64,000 nucleotides of DNA from Amphiscolops sp. MND2022 (GCA_964187785.1 OZ076409.1:16308001-16372000); one strand, 5' to 3'. Positions 35,596 through 48,401 are shown, counted from the first letter of the stretch. Numbers and translations: made by a program. The notes: generated from the letters alone by a model not told the origin.

Positions 35596-36170
35596 TTTTT
35601 GTCAGAAATGTGGTTTAACTTCGGTGACAGTTTTGCAAAAGGGGTCAAATTGAAAAGATAGCAAAAAACGGACAACGCCATTAGAAAGAGCGTCCAAAAA
35701 AACCCCCATGCTGAAATTTTCGCCGCCATCACTTGAATTTTCATTGAGTTATGTCATTTTTACTATTTTCACAAAATGTGGTTTAACTTCGGTGACAGTT
35801 TTGCAAAAGGGGTCAAAATGAACAGATAGCAAAAAACGGACAACGGCACTGGAAAGAGGGCCCAAAATTACCCCTAAAACGTGTTTTCACACTCCTGAGT
35901 CGACTTTTGATAATACATGGAATTTCATTTTTAAGCTTACTAATTTATGCTTTTCAGCATACATTTTCGTAATAGAGTCAAAATTTTGCTTTCTCACAAT
36001 TTTTCTGGAATATTTTTGTTTCATCAGATGTCAATAACTTGAAACGTCGTCTTTTCATGAGAATTTCTCCTCAAAACAAGTTGTTGGCTGGTAATGGTAA
36101 GTCCGTACCGCAGATAGGACTCTCGCGCTCCAAAAATTGACTCTTTGCTTTTAGCCTAATTGTTGTGATA

Positions 36171-37600
36171 CTGCGGTAGCAGCAATTATTTGACCAAATT
36201 CATTCTCTCTCGCATCTGCTGAGGCAGGGACGATTATCTCACTTGAAAGAATGCCTAATTTCCTTACATTGGACTTTATAATACCTTACTCCAAAGAAGA
36301 AATTACTAATCCTTCTCTAAAGCTTGTTACTTACAAAAGCTTTCTTTGCTCGTTACTTAAATGTTTACCTAGTGACGCTGTTAAACGCGTGACCTGCATG
36401 AAATCGCACGTGTACAAACATGCGCCGCACGAAAAGAAACTTGAGAGCGTCAAAGTTATCGGTCCAATTTCATTACAAAACGAGTTTAATTCCATTATTT
36501 CTGATGGAATTTTGTTCAAAAATCGCAAGATTTATGCTCTACAAAACCATGATGTTACGTCCAATGCTTACCCCAAGCAATTTACGATCAAATTTCGTAA
36601 TTTACCACACTTCTTTCCTGATACCGATGTTATTTCGGCTTGCAATTTGAAAGATTTCAAACTTTCAAAGTTACGACACCAATTAGAGAAACTTTCTGAG
36701 GAAATTGAAACCTACACAGGCATTTGTTATGCGGATGTGGAAATCCAGGACGAAGCCCAATTACAACAGCTCATTTCATGGAATGAAACCAGCTTTTTGA
36801 ACAAATACTATCTAGAAGAAATTCCATTTAAATGCCAAATTCAAACATTACTACAATGCGATTTCTGCAGACAAAAGAAGCTCCAGTTTTTGGGGCACCA
36901 TGTACGCCAATGCAAAGCCAAAAAGACACAATTAGAACCAGAATCTGAGGAAGATAGCATCTCAACCACGAAAACAAATGAAGAAAAAGAACTAGAAGCC
37001 ACAGATGCAAACAAGAACAACACAGAACATACTTTCTATATTGATTTAGAAAAATGCCAAATTCGAAACATACATGACATGGACGAACTCCATAAAGGAT
37101 TTAGCAAGCTTCTTGCTTTGCAGGAATGCAAGCCTGTGAATGTCTTGAATGACAACAATGTAGTGATAAATCAACTACGACATGTGAAGAATATTACTGA
37201 AGAAAAACAGCGGAAGCTTTTCAAACAACAAAACAGATGGGGAAGTCCTTCATCAGACGTCCCAATCAAGAACTTCTCAGAGTTTTGTGAACTCCGGGGA
37301 AAGCTAGATGTGTTCTACGACTCAACAAAAGGCGAAGAAACCCTTTACCTGATGAACCTATCCAAGAAAGTGACCCACATTTTCAAAAAGAAACAACAAC
37401 CACACTAACAAAACTACATTATACTAATTTTCAAACTTTGATTTCCATGTTAAATCAAAACTCTCATATTATACACTCATCACCAAGTCTTTCATTTACT
37501 CAATACTATAAGTATGCTAAGTTATTCATACTCAACACTTTAGTATTAATGTAAAGACTATTTGATTTATAAAGGCAAATTTCCAAATACATTCTTTAAA
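36171..37600 (+). mobile_element. Family B element, copy B2
   Basis: Same junctions and TSD as B1; near-identical. Confidence 0.9.
36251..37408 (+). CDS. Family B ORF1-like protein (385 aa)
   Basis: Intact; few substitutions versus B1. Confidence 0.85.
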   Translation: MPNFLTLDFIIPYSKEEITNPSLKLVTYKSFLCSLLKCLPSDAVKRVTCMKSHVYKHAPHEKKLESVKVIGPISLQNEFNSIISDGILFKNRKIYALQNHDVTSNAYPKQFTIKFRNLPHFFPDTDVISACNLKDFKLSKLRHQLEKLSEEIETYTGICYADVEIQDEAQLQQLISWNETSFLNKYYLEEIPFKCQIQTLLQCDFCRQKKLQFLGHHVRQCKAKKTQLEPESEEDSISTTKTNEEKELEATDANKNNTEHTFYIDLEKCQIRNIHDMDELHKGFSKLLALQECKPVNVLNDNNVVINQLRHVKNITEEKQRKLFKQQNRWGSPSSDVPIKNFSEFCELRGKLDVFYDSTKGEETLYLMNLSKKVTHIFKKKQQPH

Positions 37601-37601
37601 A

Positions 37602-37731
37602 GCCTAATTGTTGTGATAAACTTATTAAATAGGTAAGTATTCCAACCCTATTGATAAGTTTTATTTGAAAGCAGACTGCGAAAGTGATCTGCTTTTTTTG
37701 AACAAGGAACAAGCTAGTCTGCACTAACTTA
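37602..37731 (+). pseudogene. SL RNA sequence downstream of B2 with damaged Sm site
   Basis: TGCCCAATTTTTG replaced by TTTTTTTG (net -5 bp). Confidence 0.7.
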
Positions 37732-37822
37732 AAAGTTACGCGTATTTTGACCGAGAAAATTTTCGTATCATTGTACGTAATTTTGTTGTTAAGCATATAA
37801 AGCTATTGATTCTACAATGATC

Positions 37823-37941
37823 GGCTACGACCATACCATGTTGAATGCACCGGTTCTCGTCCGATCACCGAAGTTAAACAACATAGGGCCTGGTTAGTAC
37901 TTGGATGGGAGACCGCTTGGGAACACCAGGTGTTGTAGCCT
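37823..37941 (+). rRNA. 5S rRNA: 5S rRNA
   Basis: Same sequence. Confidence 0.98.
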
Positions 37942-38499
37942 TTTTTGTCAGAAATGTGGTTTAACTTCAGTGACAGTTTTGCAAAAGGGGTCAAATTGAA
38001 AAGATAGCAAAAACGGACAACGCCATTAGAAAGAGCGTCCAAAAAAACCCCCATGCTGAAATTTTCGCCGCCATCACTTGAATTTTCATTGAGTTATGTC
38101 ATTTTTACTATTTTCACAAAATGTGGTTTAACTTCGGTGACAGTTTTGCAAAAGGGGTCAAAATGAACAGATAGCAAAAAACGGACAACGGCACTGGAAA
38201 GAGGGCCCAAAATTACACCTAAAACGTGTTTTTCACACTCCTGAGTCGACTTTTGATAATACATGGAATTTCATTTTTAAGCTTACTAATTTATGCTTTT
38301 CAGCATACATTTTCGTAATAGAGTCAAAATTTTGCTTTCTCACAATTTTTCTGGAATATTTTTGTTTCATCAGATGTCAATATCTTGAAACGTCGTCTTT
38401 TCATGAGAATTTCTCCTCAAAACAAGTTGTTGGCTGGTAATGGTAAGTCCGTACCGCAGATAGGAGTCTCGCGCTCCAAAAATTGACTCTTTGCTTTTA

Positions 38500-38634
38500 G
38501 CCTAATTGTTGTGATAAACTTATTAAATAGGTAAGTATTCCAACCCTATTGATAAGTTTTATTTGAAAGCAGACTGCGAAAGTGGTCTGCTGCCCAATTT
38601 TTGAACAAGGAACAAGCTAGTCTGCACTAACTTA
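38500..38634 (+). ncRNA. SL RNA gene, uninterrupted
   Basis: As 3770-3904. Confidence 0.85.
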
Positions 38635-38725
38635 AAAGTTACGCGTATTTTGACCGAGAAAATTTTCGTATCATTGTACGTAATTTTGTTGTTAAGCATA
38701 TAAAGCTATTGATTCTACAATGATC

Positions 38726-38844
38726 GGCTACGACCATACCATGTTGAATGCACCGGTTCTCGTCCGATCACCGAAGTTAAACAACATAGGGCCTGGTTAG
38801 TACTTGGATGGGAGACCGCTTGGGAACACCAGGTGTTGTAGCCT
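38726..38844 (+). rRNA. 5S rRNA: 5S rRNA
   Basis: Same sequence. Confidence 0.98.
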
Positions 38845-39871
38845 TTTTTGTCAGAAATGTGGTTTAACTTCGGTGACAGTTTTGCAAAAGGGATCAAATT
38901 GAAAAGATAGCAAAAAACGGACAACGCCATTAGAAAGAGCGTCCAAAAAAACCCCCATGCTGAAATTGTCGCCGCCATCACTTGAATTTTCATTGAGTTA
39001 TGTCATTTTTACTATTTTCACAAAATGTGGTTTAACTTCGGTGACAGTTTTGCAAAAGGGGTCAAAATGAACAGATAGCAAAAAACGGACAACGGCACTG
39101 GAAAGAGGGCCCAAAATTACCCCTAAAACGTGTTTTTCACACTCCTGAGTCGACTTTTGATAATACATGGAATTTCATTTTTAAGCTTACTAATTTATGC
39201 TTTTCAGCATACATTTTCGTAATAGAGTCAAAATTTTGCTTTCTCACAATTTTTCTGGAATATTTTTGTTTCATCAGATGTCAATAACTTGAAACGTCGT
39301 CTTTTCATGAGAATTTCTCCTCAAAACAAGTTGTTGGCTGGTAATGGTAAGTCCGTACAGCAGATAGGAGTCTCGCGCTCCAAAAATTGACTCTTTGCTT
39401 TTAGCCTAATTGTTGTGATTAAGCTCATACACCTTAATTCCTCACGGTATCATCTGTATAGTATCCTGTTTGGTTATACGGTGATTCCACCCCTTTTAAA
39501 CCCTGTCGTGGGACAAAGGGAGAGCCATCTCCTGCTACGGCGCTCGCTGGGTAAGGGATTTCTTGCTAATCAGCTCGTGTGTGGTTGACGTTGCTTGAGA
39601 TCCTGAAAAACCGAGAGCATTGTCCCCCAATTTGGCCTGAGGACCAAGTTGAAGCTTCCTTGGCGGGTGGCTGTTAGCAGTCCTCAAAACGCTACCAGTC
39701 TTAACGTCGTTTCCTCGGCCGTGGAAAGCCTTGGACCGTTCGTTTCCCCCTAAACTCGTCTTACTTTTTCTCCCCTTCTGAGGCTCTTGAAACTAGCGAA
39801 AGTTACTTCAATCCTCCCTATTTTCCTTTTTACCTCAGTTACTTTGAATCGATTACCAATTGTTACGAAAA

Positions 39872-41146
39872 ATGTCGAAAAAAACTGCCAGACAGAAACA
39901 ACAAGAATACATAAACTCTTTACCTGATTGTGCGATAGTAAACGAAAACGAGAATTCAACGGAAAACCCTCAGGAAAAACTCGCTAGCCGCCAGCCTGAC
40001 GAAACTAAAATTACCGAAAAAACCGCGCAAACGATGAACTTCAGTAAAGCTGTTACCAACAGTGCTTACGAATTCAAACATGTCGACGTGCAGCAAGTGC
40101 TGAAAATGAAAATTATACCTCCACTAACGAAGGAACTTTTCACCGATGGCGCTGCTCTCGAAACGGCAATGTCAATAGCTTATAAAGACATCCTCAGCGT
40201 GTTCAATCCTCGTTACCGGGAAATGATTACAATTTCACGAACTAACATGAAACTGGGAGAAAAGAAGCTACAGGTCCTACTGGTAATCGCCCCAATCGAA
40301 GCGGAAGAAGACGTTGCTCGCATTAAGCTAAATGGACTCAAAATTATGAATCGAACTGTTTTTCCGACAGCTGAAGACACCTGGATGGTCAGGACATCTG
40401 CCTTCCCAAAAGTACATGACGTCAGAATAAACAACTTGCCAGCACTCTGTGACGACAAGCAGTTAATGGAACTACTGCAAGTCCCTGACTTTGCAGAACT
40501 AGGGGAAATTCAACGGGAACGTCAGAGAACTGAACTCGGCACGTTCTACACAGGCAAAGCTAAAATTGCGGTTAAAATTAACAACCACGAAGAGCAAGAA
40601 CAATTGGAAAACTGGTCAAAGGCACGAGCTTCCTCAGACATTGCTTACTGGTGTGAGCTTCCAATCTATGCTAGCATTCCTGCTCTGCATGAATGCCAAA
40701 AATGCAAAGAAGAGAAGAGACAACGCTACCGAGGACACCATGAAGACTGGTGTAGAATCAACCGAAAACCAAAACCTATCGAAAAACCAGAGACTGATCA
40801 CCCTGCAGAAATGGAAAGAGAGGAAGGGAAACTACGAATTGTGGAGGATGAAAATAGCAGCACCCATACAGACTCAGAAACTAGCTCTGATACTGAAGAA
40901 GACGAGCAAACCGAAGCTACGAATGACACAATAACGACAAATATGGAACCAGACGAGGCTGCTAATGATTGGACAAAAGTAACTACAAGAACCACGAAAC
41001 GAAATAGAAGTGAAATTGGAGAAGAATCCAGTACAAACTCCTCAAACAGGAAAAAACAAATAAAAAGAGCCAAAAAACTGCAAACACAAATAGAAAAACT
41101 TTCAAAAGAAGTCAATGGAACTACCTCTTTACAAACTGATGGCTGA
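39872..41146 (+). CDS. Family D ORF1 (about 424 aa)
   Basis: KMKIIPPL shared with family A ORF1; CQKC-X10-H-HEDW-C; acidic then basic tail. Confidence 0.88.
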   Translation: MSKKTARQKQQEYINSLPDCAIVNENENSTENPQEKLASRQPDETKITEKTAQTMNFSKAVTNSAYEFKHVDVQQVLKMKIIPPLTKELFTDGAALETAMSIAYKDILSVFNPRYREMITISRTNMKLGEKKLQVLLVIAPIEAEEDVARIKLNGLKIMNRTVFPTAEDTWMVRTSAFPKVHDVRINNLPALCDDKQLMELLQVPDFAELGEIQRERQRTELGTFYTGKAKIAVKINNHEEQEQLENWSKARASSDIAYWCELPIYASIPALHECQKCKEEKRQRYRGHHEDWCRINRKPKPIEKPETDHPAEMEREEGKLRIVEDENSSTHTDSETSSDTEEDEQTEATNDTITTNMEPDEAANDWTKVTTRTTKRNRSEIGEESSTNSSNRKKQIKRAKKLQTQIEKLSKEVNGTTSLQTDG

Positions 41147-44100
41147 TTTGATTGAAATTTTTTGTGTGAACGTCCGCGGTCTAGCTAATTCAACTAAGTT
41201 AATTCAGCTTTTAGAAAAAATTGAGAAAAATCGAAAGACGAAAACGTTCTGCATTTTAATACAAGAAACTGATCTTTGGAAATTACGCGAAGAACATGAA
41301 AAAATTTTAAAACTTAACAAATTGAAGTATGAAACTGTACCAGCAATAATGAACTCAGGTGGTCTCATGACAATATTTCCTGAACACTGTGTATACGAGG
41401 TTATTGGAAAAACTAATACGTGTCTCACTGCCACTCTAACGGTTGAAAACCAAACTACCAGTAAATACTACCAAACTACCAAACTATAGTAAATACTTAT
41501 ATTAACCCAAAAGACACTTTAGCAGAAAACTTCATTGCTTCCATTGAAGAATTGAATCTTGAATACCACCAAAATCTCATCATTGCTGGTGACTTCAATG
41601 CCATTGACTTTGAAGACTATGAAAATTTGAATGAAAAAGTCAAGTCAAACGATATCAGAGTATTGAGGCATCGAGCTATCATTACCAAACTAAATGAATA
41701 TGTTTTAAAAGATATTGGAAAAAAGCAGATCCCAGTCAGTACCACGCATTATGATAGGCGTTCTAAAAAACATAGTAGAATTGACTATTGCTTTTTAAAT
41801 TCTAATGAACAAAACCTAGAGCTCTCAGTTCTGTTTTTGCCTTTTTCCGACCACAAACTTTTGCACTTGTATCGGAACCAAAATAATTTCAAAAATGGAT
41901 ACTTCAAGCTTAATGACTCAGTCCTAGAAAATAAACAGGCTGTTACTGAAATATTGAAAACGAGCTTGACTGCATTGGAAAACACGATAAGTTTGTCAAA
42001 AAGATACGATGTTTTCAAAGCTAGGCTAAGAGACTCCCTGAGACTCTTATGTATCAAAGAAAAACGTAAAAAAGTAATAACGGAAGAAAACCTTGTACGT
42101 GAAATTGAAAAACTAGAATCAGATATGAAAAATACCAATGATTCTCATAAAAAATCTGAACTTTTGGAATTTTTAGACTCAAAAACATCTGCGCTTTCAG
42201 AGATAAAAATGTCTGAGGCAAAATTAGAGATGAAAAAAATTAAAAACCTTTTCATGGAGGCCAATGAAGGTGACCCAAAATTTGCAAAACAGTTAGCCAC
42301 AACCTTAAGACCTGAATTCAAAATAAAAGAATTTGAGGCTTCAAATGGATCAATAATCAATGACAAGAGCAAAATCTTTGATGAATTAGTAGGCTTCTAT
42401 GCTAAACAATTTGAAGCTCGCCCAAAAAACCAAGAAACAGATGAACAACAAAATAAATTCTTGGAAATGTTTTTTAAGGAAAAACGAGAAAAATTATGTC
42501 AATTTCATGAAACAAATGACTTAGAACATGAAGAAATAACGGAATTTGAAGTTGAAAGAGCAATTAACAAACTCAACAAAGATAGTGCTCCTGGTCCTGA
42601 TGGCTTAACTTCTAACCTCTATAAAAAGTACTCTGATCTGTTTGTTCAGCTTTTGACAGATGTTTTCAACGATATAATCAAAACAGGAGTGGCTCCTCCA
42701 TCTTTCAATATGGCTATTATAAAACTTATTCCCAAAAAATTTTTAATGGTAAAGAAAGTGTCGGACCTTCGACCATTAAGCTTAATTAACTCCGATCAAA
42801 AAATTCTTTCACATATTCTAGCGTTCAGAATAAAACCGATCTGCAACGCAATAATCGAAAATCATCAATACGCTCATTTCCCAAAAAGAGATATTCACTC
42901 GGCTTTAACCAAAATTAGACAATACTCAATAGAATTGAAAAAAGATGATTTATTATGTGCCCTTGATTTTTCAAAAGCTTTTGACTGTGTAGACAGAGAT
43001 TTCATGTTGAAAATGCTTGAATACTCGGCAATTGATAATAGCACAATGTCTCTAATAAAAACTCTCTATGCAGACACCAAATCAATTATTGATTTCAATT
43101 CTGAATTTTCCGAAATTTTGGAGATCACTAGAGGTGTCAGACAAGGCTGCCCTTTATCTGCGCTACTTTTCAACCTGGTAATGGAGCCACTCTTAGAGAG
43201 AATTCAAAACTCGAAGAAAATATTAAGTAGTCAAAAACAAAAAGTCATTGCATACGCGGATGATATAACAGTAGCAATGAAAGCTACTTCAATTAATCGG
43301 TTACTAAAAATTTTGGAAAAATTCCAAGCGTTAACTGGACTAGCAATCAATTATGACAAATCAGAGATCTTAGCAAAAACGAGAACAATCCCAAATACTG
43401 ATGAGAACAAACAGATCAAAGTAGTAGACTGTGTGAAAATTCTCGGAGTTAAAACGACCACTAAAGGAACTATGGACCCAGAAACTAGGAATGAAATATG
43501 GAAAACAATCAACCAAATTCCAAAATTCATTAATAAAAACACTTCATTTAGAGCCAGAGCGATCAACATCGAAACTTTCGTTCTATCCAAAATAATATAC
43601 AAGCTAAGACATTTTACACAACTAAAGACGTTCTTGAAAAAATTGAATTCCAAAATGGTAGACAATTTCTGGCTACAGAAAAAACATAATGTTAGTCAAG
43701 ACGTAATACACACGGAAAGAAGAGATGGTGGAATAGGTTTTAAAAACTTGAACAAAGCAGTATCAGTGGCTAAGATAATGAATGTTAAAGTTTCATTAGC
43801 AAACGAACCTGAAAAAAACTTTCAAAAATCGAAATGGTTCAAAATGATAACAAGTGACCTGAAAAAAGACAAAATTGAGATGACTATAAATACAGATAAT
43901 ACGATCATTCTCCATTATTTTTTTCAAAATCTCACCATAAATGTTGACACGAAATCAAAAGAAGTGTATGATTTCCTAAATTCTAGCCTGATAAACATAT
44001 CTTGCTTGCCAAGAATTGCCAAAACAGCCTTTTCGCAAAATATTGACACAAACATACTGGATTTGTTTGTCAAAAAGTTATGGAACAATACACAACTCCA

Positions 44101-44416
44101 GTCCTTTGACAAAAACTATATCTATCTTTTTATAATGAATGCATACCCTGATAAACAGGAAAAATGGCTTCAGAACTTGGTACCTCATCCCCTTTGTTTT
44201 GCATGTGAAACCGAATTTGAAAGTTGGCAACATCTTTTCTTTGATTGTGAAAAAATCCAAAACATCAAAACTTTTCTTAACTTACGAAATTGGCAAGACA
44301 TATGGTTAAACGAAAATCCACTAGCCCAGAAACTAGTTGTAGCATTACTTCTTTCATCGTGGTCGGAATATGAAGGAAAATACTTGAAATATATCAAAGC
44401 TCGATGCCAAGTCTAA
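41139..44416 (+). pseudogene. Family D ORF2 (APE-RT) frameshifted by a micro-duplication at about 41449-41489
   Basis: CVNVRGL, IQET in one frame; AGDFN, SDH, SAPGPDG, QGCPLS, YADD, CFAC..H..C in another; repeated ACCAAACTACCA/GTAAATACT at the break. Confidence 0.9.
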
Positions 44417-44594
44417 ATCTCGACCGATAACTTCACACAAATTCATGATGCTATTCTTTTATTCTTTTCATCTGTGTTTCTATTATCTTTGAAAAGTCAG
44501 CCATGAATATTTTGTAACAATGCTAAATTTTTGTAGCTGTAGTGTAAATTGGTTTTGACTTATATATCAAAAAAGGTAAATTAATTCTTTAGAA

Positions 44595-44729
44595 GCCTAA
44601 TTGTTGTGATAAACTTAATAAATAGGTAAGTATTCCAACCCTATTGATAAGTTTTATTTGAAAGCAGACTGCGAAAGTGGTCTGCTGCCCAATTTTTGAA
44701 CAAGGAACAAGCTAGTCTGCACTAACTTA
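44595..44729 (+). ncRNA. SL RNA sequence downstream of D
   Basis: Same SL sequence, one exon substitution. Confidence 0.75.
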
Positions 44730-44820
44730 AAAGTTACGCGTATTTTGACCGAGAAAATTTTCGTATCATTGTACGTAATTTTGTTGTTAAGCATATAAAG
44801 CTATTGATTCTACAATGATC

Positions 44821-44939
44821 GGCTACGACCATACCATGTTGAATGCACCGGTTCTCGTCCGATCACCGAAGTTAAACAACATAGGGCCTGGTTAGTACTT
44901 GGATGGGAGACCGCTTGGGAACACCAGGTGTTGTAGCCT
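44821..44939 (+). rRNA. 5S rRNA: 5S rRNA
   Basis: Same sequence. Confidence 0.98.
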
Positions 44940-45498
44940 TTTTTGTCAGAAATGTGGTTTAACTTCGGTGACAGTTTTGCAAAAGGGGTCAAATTGAAAA
45001 GATAGCAAAAAACGGACAACGCCATTAGAAAGAGCGTCCAAAAAAACCCCCATGCTGAAATTTTCGCCGCCATCACTTGAATTTTCATTGAGTTATGTCA
45101 TTTTTACTATTTTCACAAAATGTGGTTTAACTTCGGTGACAGTTTTGCAAAAGGGGTCAAAATGAACAGATAGCAAAAAACGGACAACGGCACTGGAAAG
45201 AGGGCCCAAAATTACCCCTAAAGCGTGTTTTTCACACTCCTGAGTCGACTTTTGATAATACATGGAATTTCATTTTTAAGCTTACTAATTTATGCTTTTC
45301 AGCATACATTTTCGTAATAGAGTCAAAATTTTGCTTTCTCACAATTTTTCTGGAATATTTTTGTTTCATCAGATGTCAATAACTTGAAACGTCGTCTTTT
45401 CATGAGAATTTCTCCTCAAAACAAGTTGTTGGCTGGTAATGGTAAGTCCGTACCGCAGATAGGAGTCTCGCGCTCCAAAAATTGACTCTTTGCTTTTA

Positions 45499-45633
45499 GC
45501 CTAATTGTTGTGATAAACTTATTAAATAGGTAAGTATTCCAACCCTATTGATAAGTTTTATTTGAAAGCAGACTGCGAAAGTGGTCTGCTGCCCAATTTT
45601 TGAACAAGGAACAAGCTAGTCTGCACTAACTTA
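45499..45633 (+). ncRNA. SL RNA gene, uninterrupted
   Basis: As 3770-3904. Confidence 0.85.
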
Positions 45634-45724
45634 AAAGTTACGCGTATTTTGACCGAGAAAATTTTCGTATCATTGTACGTAATTTTGTTGTTAAGCATAT
45701 AAAGCTATTGATTCTACAATGATC

Positions 45725-45843
45725 GGCTACGACCATACCATGTTGAATGCACCGGTTCTCGTCCGATCACCGAAGTTAAACAACATAGGGCCTGGTTAGT
45801 ACTTGGATGGGAGACCGCTTGGGAACACCAGGTGTTGTAGCCT
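45725..45843 (+). rRNA. 5S rRNA: 5S rRNA
   Basis: Same sequence. Confidence 0.98.
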
Positions 45844-46418
45844 TTTTTGTCAGAAATGTGGTTTAACTTCGGTGACAGTTTTGCAAAAGGGGTCAAATTG
45901 AAAAGATAGCAAAAAACGGACAACGCCATTAGAAAGAGCGTCCAAAAAACCCCCATGCTGAAATTTTCGTTGCCATCACTTGAATTTTCATTGAGTTATG
46001 TCATTTTTACTATTTTCACAAAATGTGGTTTAACTTCGGTGACAGTTTTGCAAAAGGGGTCAAAATGAACAGATAGCAAAAAACGGACAACGGCACTGGA
46101 AAGAGGGCCCAAAATTACCCCTAAAACGTGTTTTTCACACTCCTGAGTCGACTTTTGATAATACATGGAATTTCATTTTTAAGCTTACTAATTTATGCTT
46201 TTCAGCATACATTTTCGTAATAGAGTCAAAATTTTGCTTTCTCACAATTTTTCTGGAATATTTTTGTTTCATCAGATGTCAATAACTTGAAACGTCGTCT
46301 TTTCATGAGAATTTCTCCTCAAAACAAGTTGTTGGCTGGTAATGGTAAGTCCGTACCGCAGATAGGAGTCTCGCGCTCCAAAAATTGACTCTTTGCTTTT
46401 AGCCTAATTGTTGTGATA

Positions 46419-48400
46419 CGGCGTTACTCTGTCAGCCTGCAAACTTTGTTTGCACAGCGCCATCTTGCAAAATTTGCAGCAAAAGTTGCAAAAGTAATGA
46501 CTAATTTGAACACGAGTGAGCTTGATCAACATCATAATGAAAATGTTGAGCAAAATTGTTACAAAAATGCAGTTATTTCCTTGTCGAAATCGAACTCAAA
46601 TATGGACAAATTACCAATTATTATCAACTTTGCGTTACCACTGACATCTGAAATGTTCAAAAACAGCAAATTACTGGATTCAATATTTGTGGAAGCTGTT
46701 ATGGCCGTCAAAAACCGACTTAACTCCAATGAAATTACCATCTTCAAAACAACAATTTTACGCAACAAAAGCAATTTGAAGTGTATTACTGTGATCATTC
46801 CTTACAAACTTGAAAATGCAGCTTCCTCTCTTATTCATGAGGGCATTACTCTTCGCAATCGGAAAATACGGCCTTATTCTGTCAATTATTCCAACCCGAA
46901 CAACAATGTCTATCCAAAAAGATTACCAATATCTTTCCGAAACCTACCACACTTTCTGACGGATGAGGATATTTTGAGTAGCTGTGGTCTTCAAAACTTC
47001 AAATTTAGTAGCAAAATTTTTCATCAACAACGACGACTTCCTGATAGCAGCCTTTTTTATACAGGAGAGGCAAGAATTACAGTTTTAATTGACAATGAGA
47101 ATGAGGAAAGTTTACTACAAAACTGGGCCAATAATGCATATGACAAAATGTTTAGTTCCAGTGGCATTTTTTTCAAATGTTGCTGTATCCCACTCCTCGA
47201 ATGCTCTTTATGCGTCAATGAGAACCTTCCCAGTGCTCATCAACAATCAAGATGCCCAAAACAACTATCAGACGAACAGCAAATACAGAAAAACAGTGAA
47301 TCTCAGAACCAGAAGTTAACAACTGACTACGTTATGGAAACTGCAGAAACAGAGCCAATGTCTAATGAACCTGAACTGTCAGATTCAGATGATGCTGAAC
47401 CAATCTCAAAGGCGCCAAAGCAGACCGATGATGGTACTGAAACCGAATGCAATAACAACGTGGCAGAAACTGAACAACCATGCATTAACAACTCAAAGAA
47501 ACATACCATTCCTATGCAAAAACCTAAACTAATGCATCGCTCAACTGAATGGGAATCCTCAACAGACCTTGCCCGAAATCAAGCAGATGACCAACAGTCA
47601 ACGGCAAAGCATGGATATCATGAATACCCATTCTTTTTGGAAAAGAAACAAAACAAAATACTGGCACCCGAAACTATTTTCAACGAAATACCTCCTATAA
47701 AAGAACATGTGATCAAAACCCAACAAACTTCTGGCTACATCAATACACTAGACAAGGAAAAGAAAATTCAAAGGACCTTTTCACTCGTACAACCACTGAA
47801 GAAAGAAAAACTCGAAGATCTTTTATCTGAATCAAACTGGAAACATTCTGACTCTAACACTATTTTAACTTCTCATTTTGAATTTTACTCATTGATCCGG
47901 AAGTTTGATCCATTCTATGATGCTACAAACCACCAAATTTACACTATTAATCTGGAGAATAAAATTGTACAAGTTTTCACTGCAGTTGAAAACATATACA
48001 ATGAAAACAAAAACTAAACCGAAAAAATTCGGACCTTTTTGACTGGAACTTTAAAGTTCTAAATCTCTACAATACCATCTTCAATCAACCCCATTCCCAA
48101 TTCTTCTCGAGCACTAGTTGTTCGCAACCTGTATGCAAAAAACGGGTTTTGAGAACAAACTCCTTCCAGGAGCAAACATCTTTTTTTTCATACATTCTCC
48201 AAACTACATTATACTAACTTCATACCAAAAAAAACATTCCCATTTTGGCGCTTTCTCAAAAATGCCATAACCAAACATCTTCATCTACATACTTCAGCTT
48301 TTTCAACACTTCAGTTACTCATATACTCATTTTTATACATATACCTTAGACTTCATTACTTTTTACTTGTAAATTCTCATTTTTCAATAAATTCTTTAAA
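46419..48400 (+). mobile_element. Family C element, copy C7
   Basis: Same junctions and TSD as C1. Confidence 0.9.
46497..48017 (+). CDS. Family C ORF1-like protein, intact
   Basis: Near-identical to C1. Confidence 0.85.
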   Translation: MTNLNTSELDQHHNENVEQNCYKNAVISLSKSNSNMDKLPIIINFALPLTSEMFKNSKLLDSIFVEAVMAVKNRLNSNEITIFKTTILRNKSNLKCITVIIPYKLENAASSLIHEGITLRNRKIRPYSVNYSNPNNNVYPKRLPISFRNLPHFLTDEDILSSCGLQNFKFSSKIFHQQRRLPDSSLFYTGEARITVLIDNENEESLLQNWANNAYDKMFSSSGIFFKCCCIPLLECSLCVNENLPSAHQQSRCPKQLSDEQQIQKNSESQNQKLTTDYVMETAETEPMSNEPELSDSDDAEPISKAPKQTDDGTETECNNNVAETEQPCINNSKKHTIPMQKPKLMHRSTEWESSTDLARNQADDQQSTAKHGYHEYPFFLEKKQNKILAPETIFNEIPPIKEHVIKTQQTSGYINTLDKEKKIQRTFSLVQPLKKEKLEDLLSESNWKHSDSNTILTSHFEFYSLIRKFDPFYDATNHQIYTINLENKIVQVFTAVENIYNENKN

Positions 48401-48401
48401 A

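Larger units (their letters stand above)
39420..44593 (+). mobile_element. Family D L1/Tx1-type non-LTR retrotransposon, apparently full length (5.2 kb)
   Basis: 17-bp TSD AGCCTAATTGTTGTGAT (39403-39419 and from 44594); about 450-nt 5'UTR, ORF1, ORF2; ends AATTAATTCTTTAGA. Confidence 0.95.

Noticed and set aside
39436..39455. HDV-like ribozyme suggested by TTCCTCACGG near the D 5' end
   Set aside because: I could not assemble P1/P2/P3 pairings by eye; not supported without a structural search
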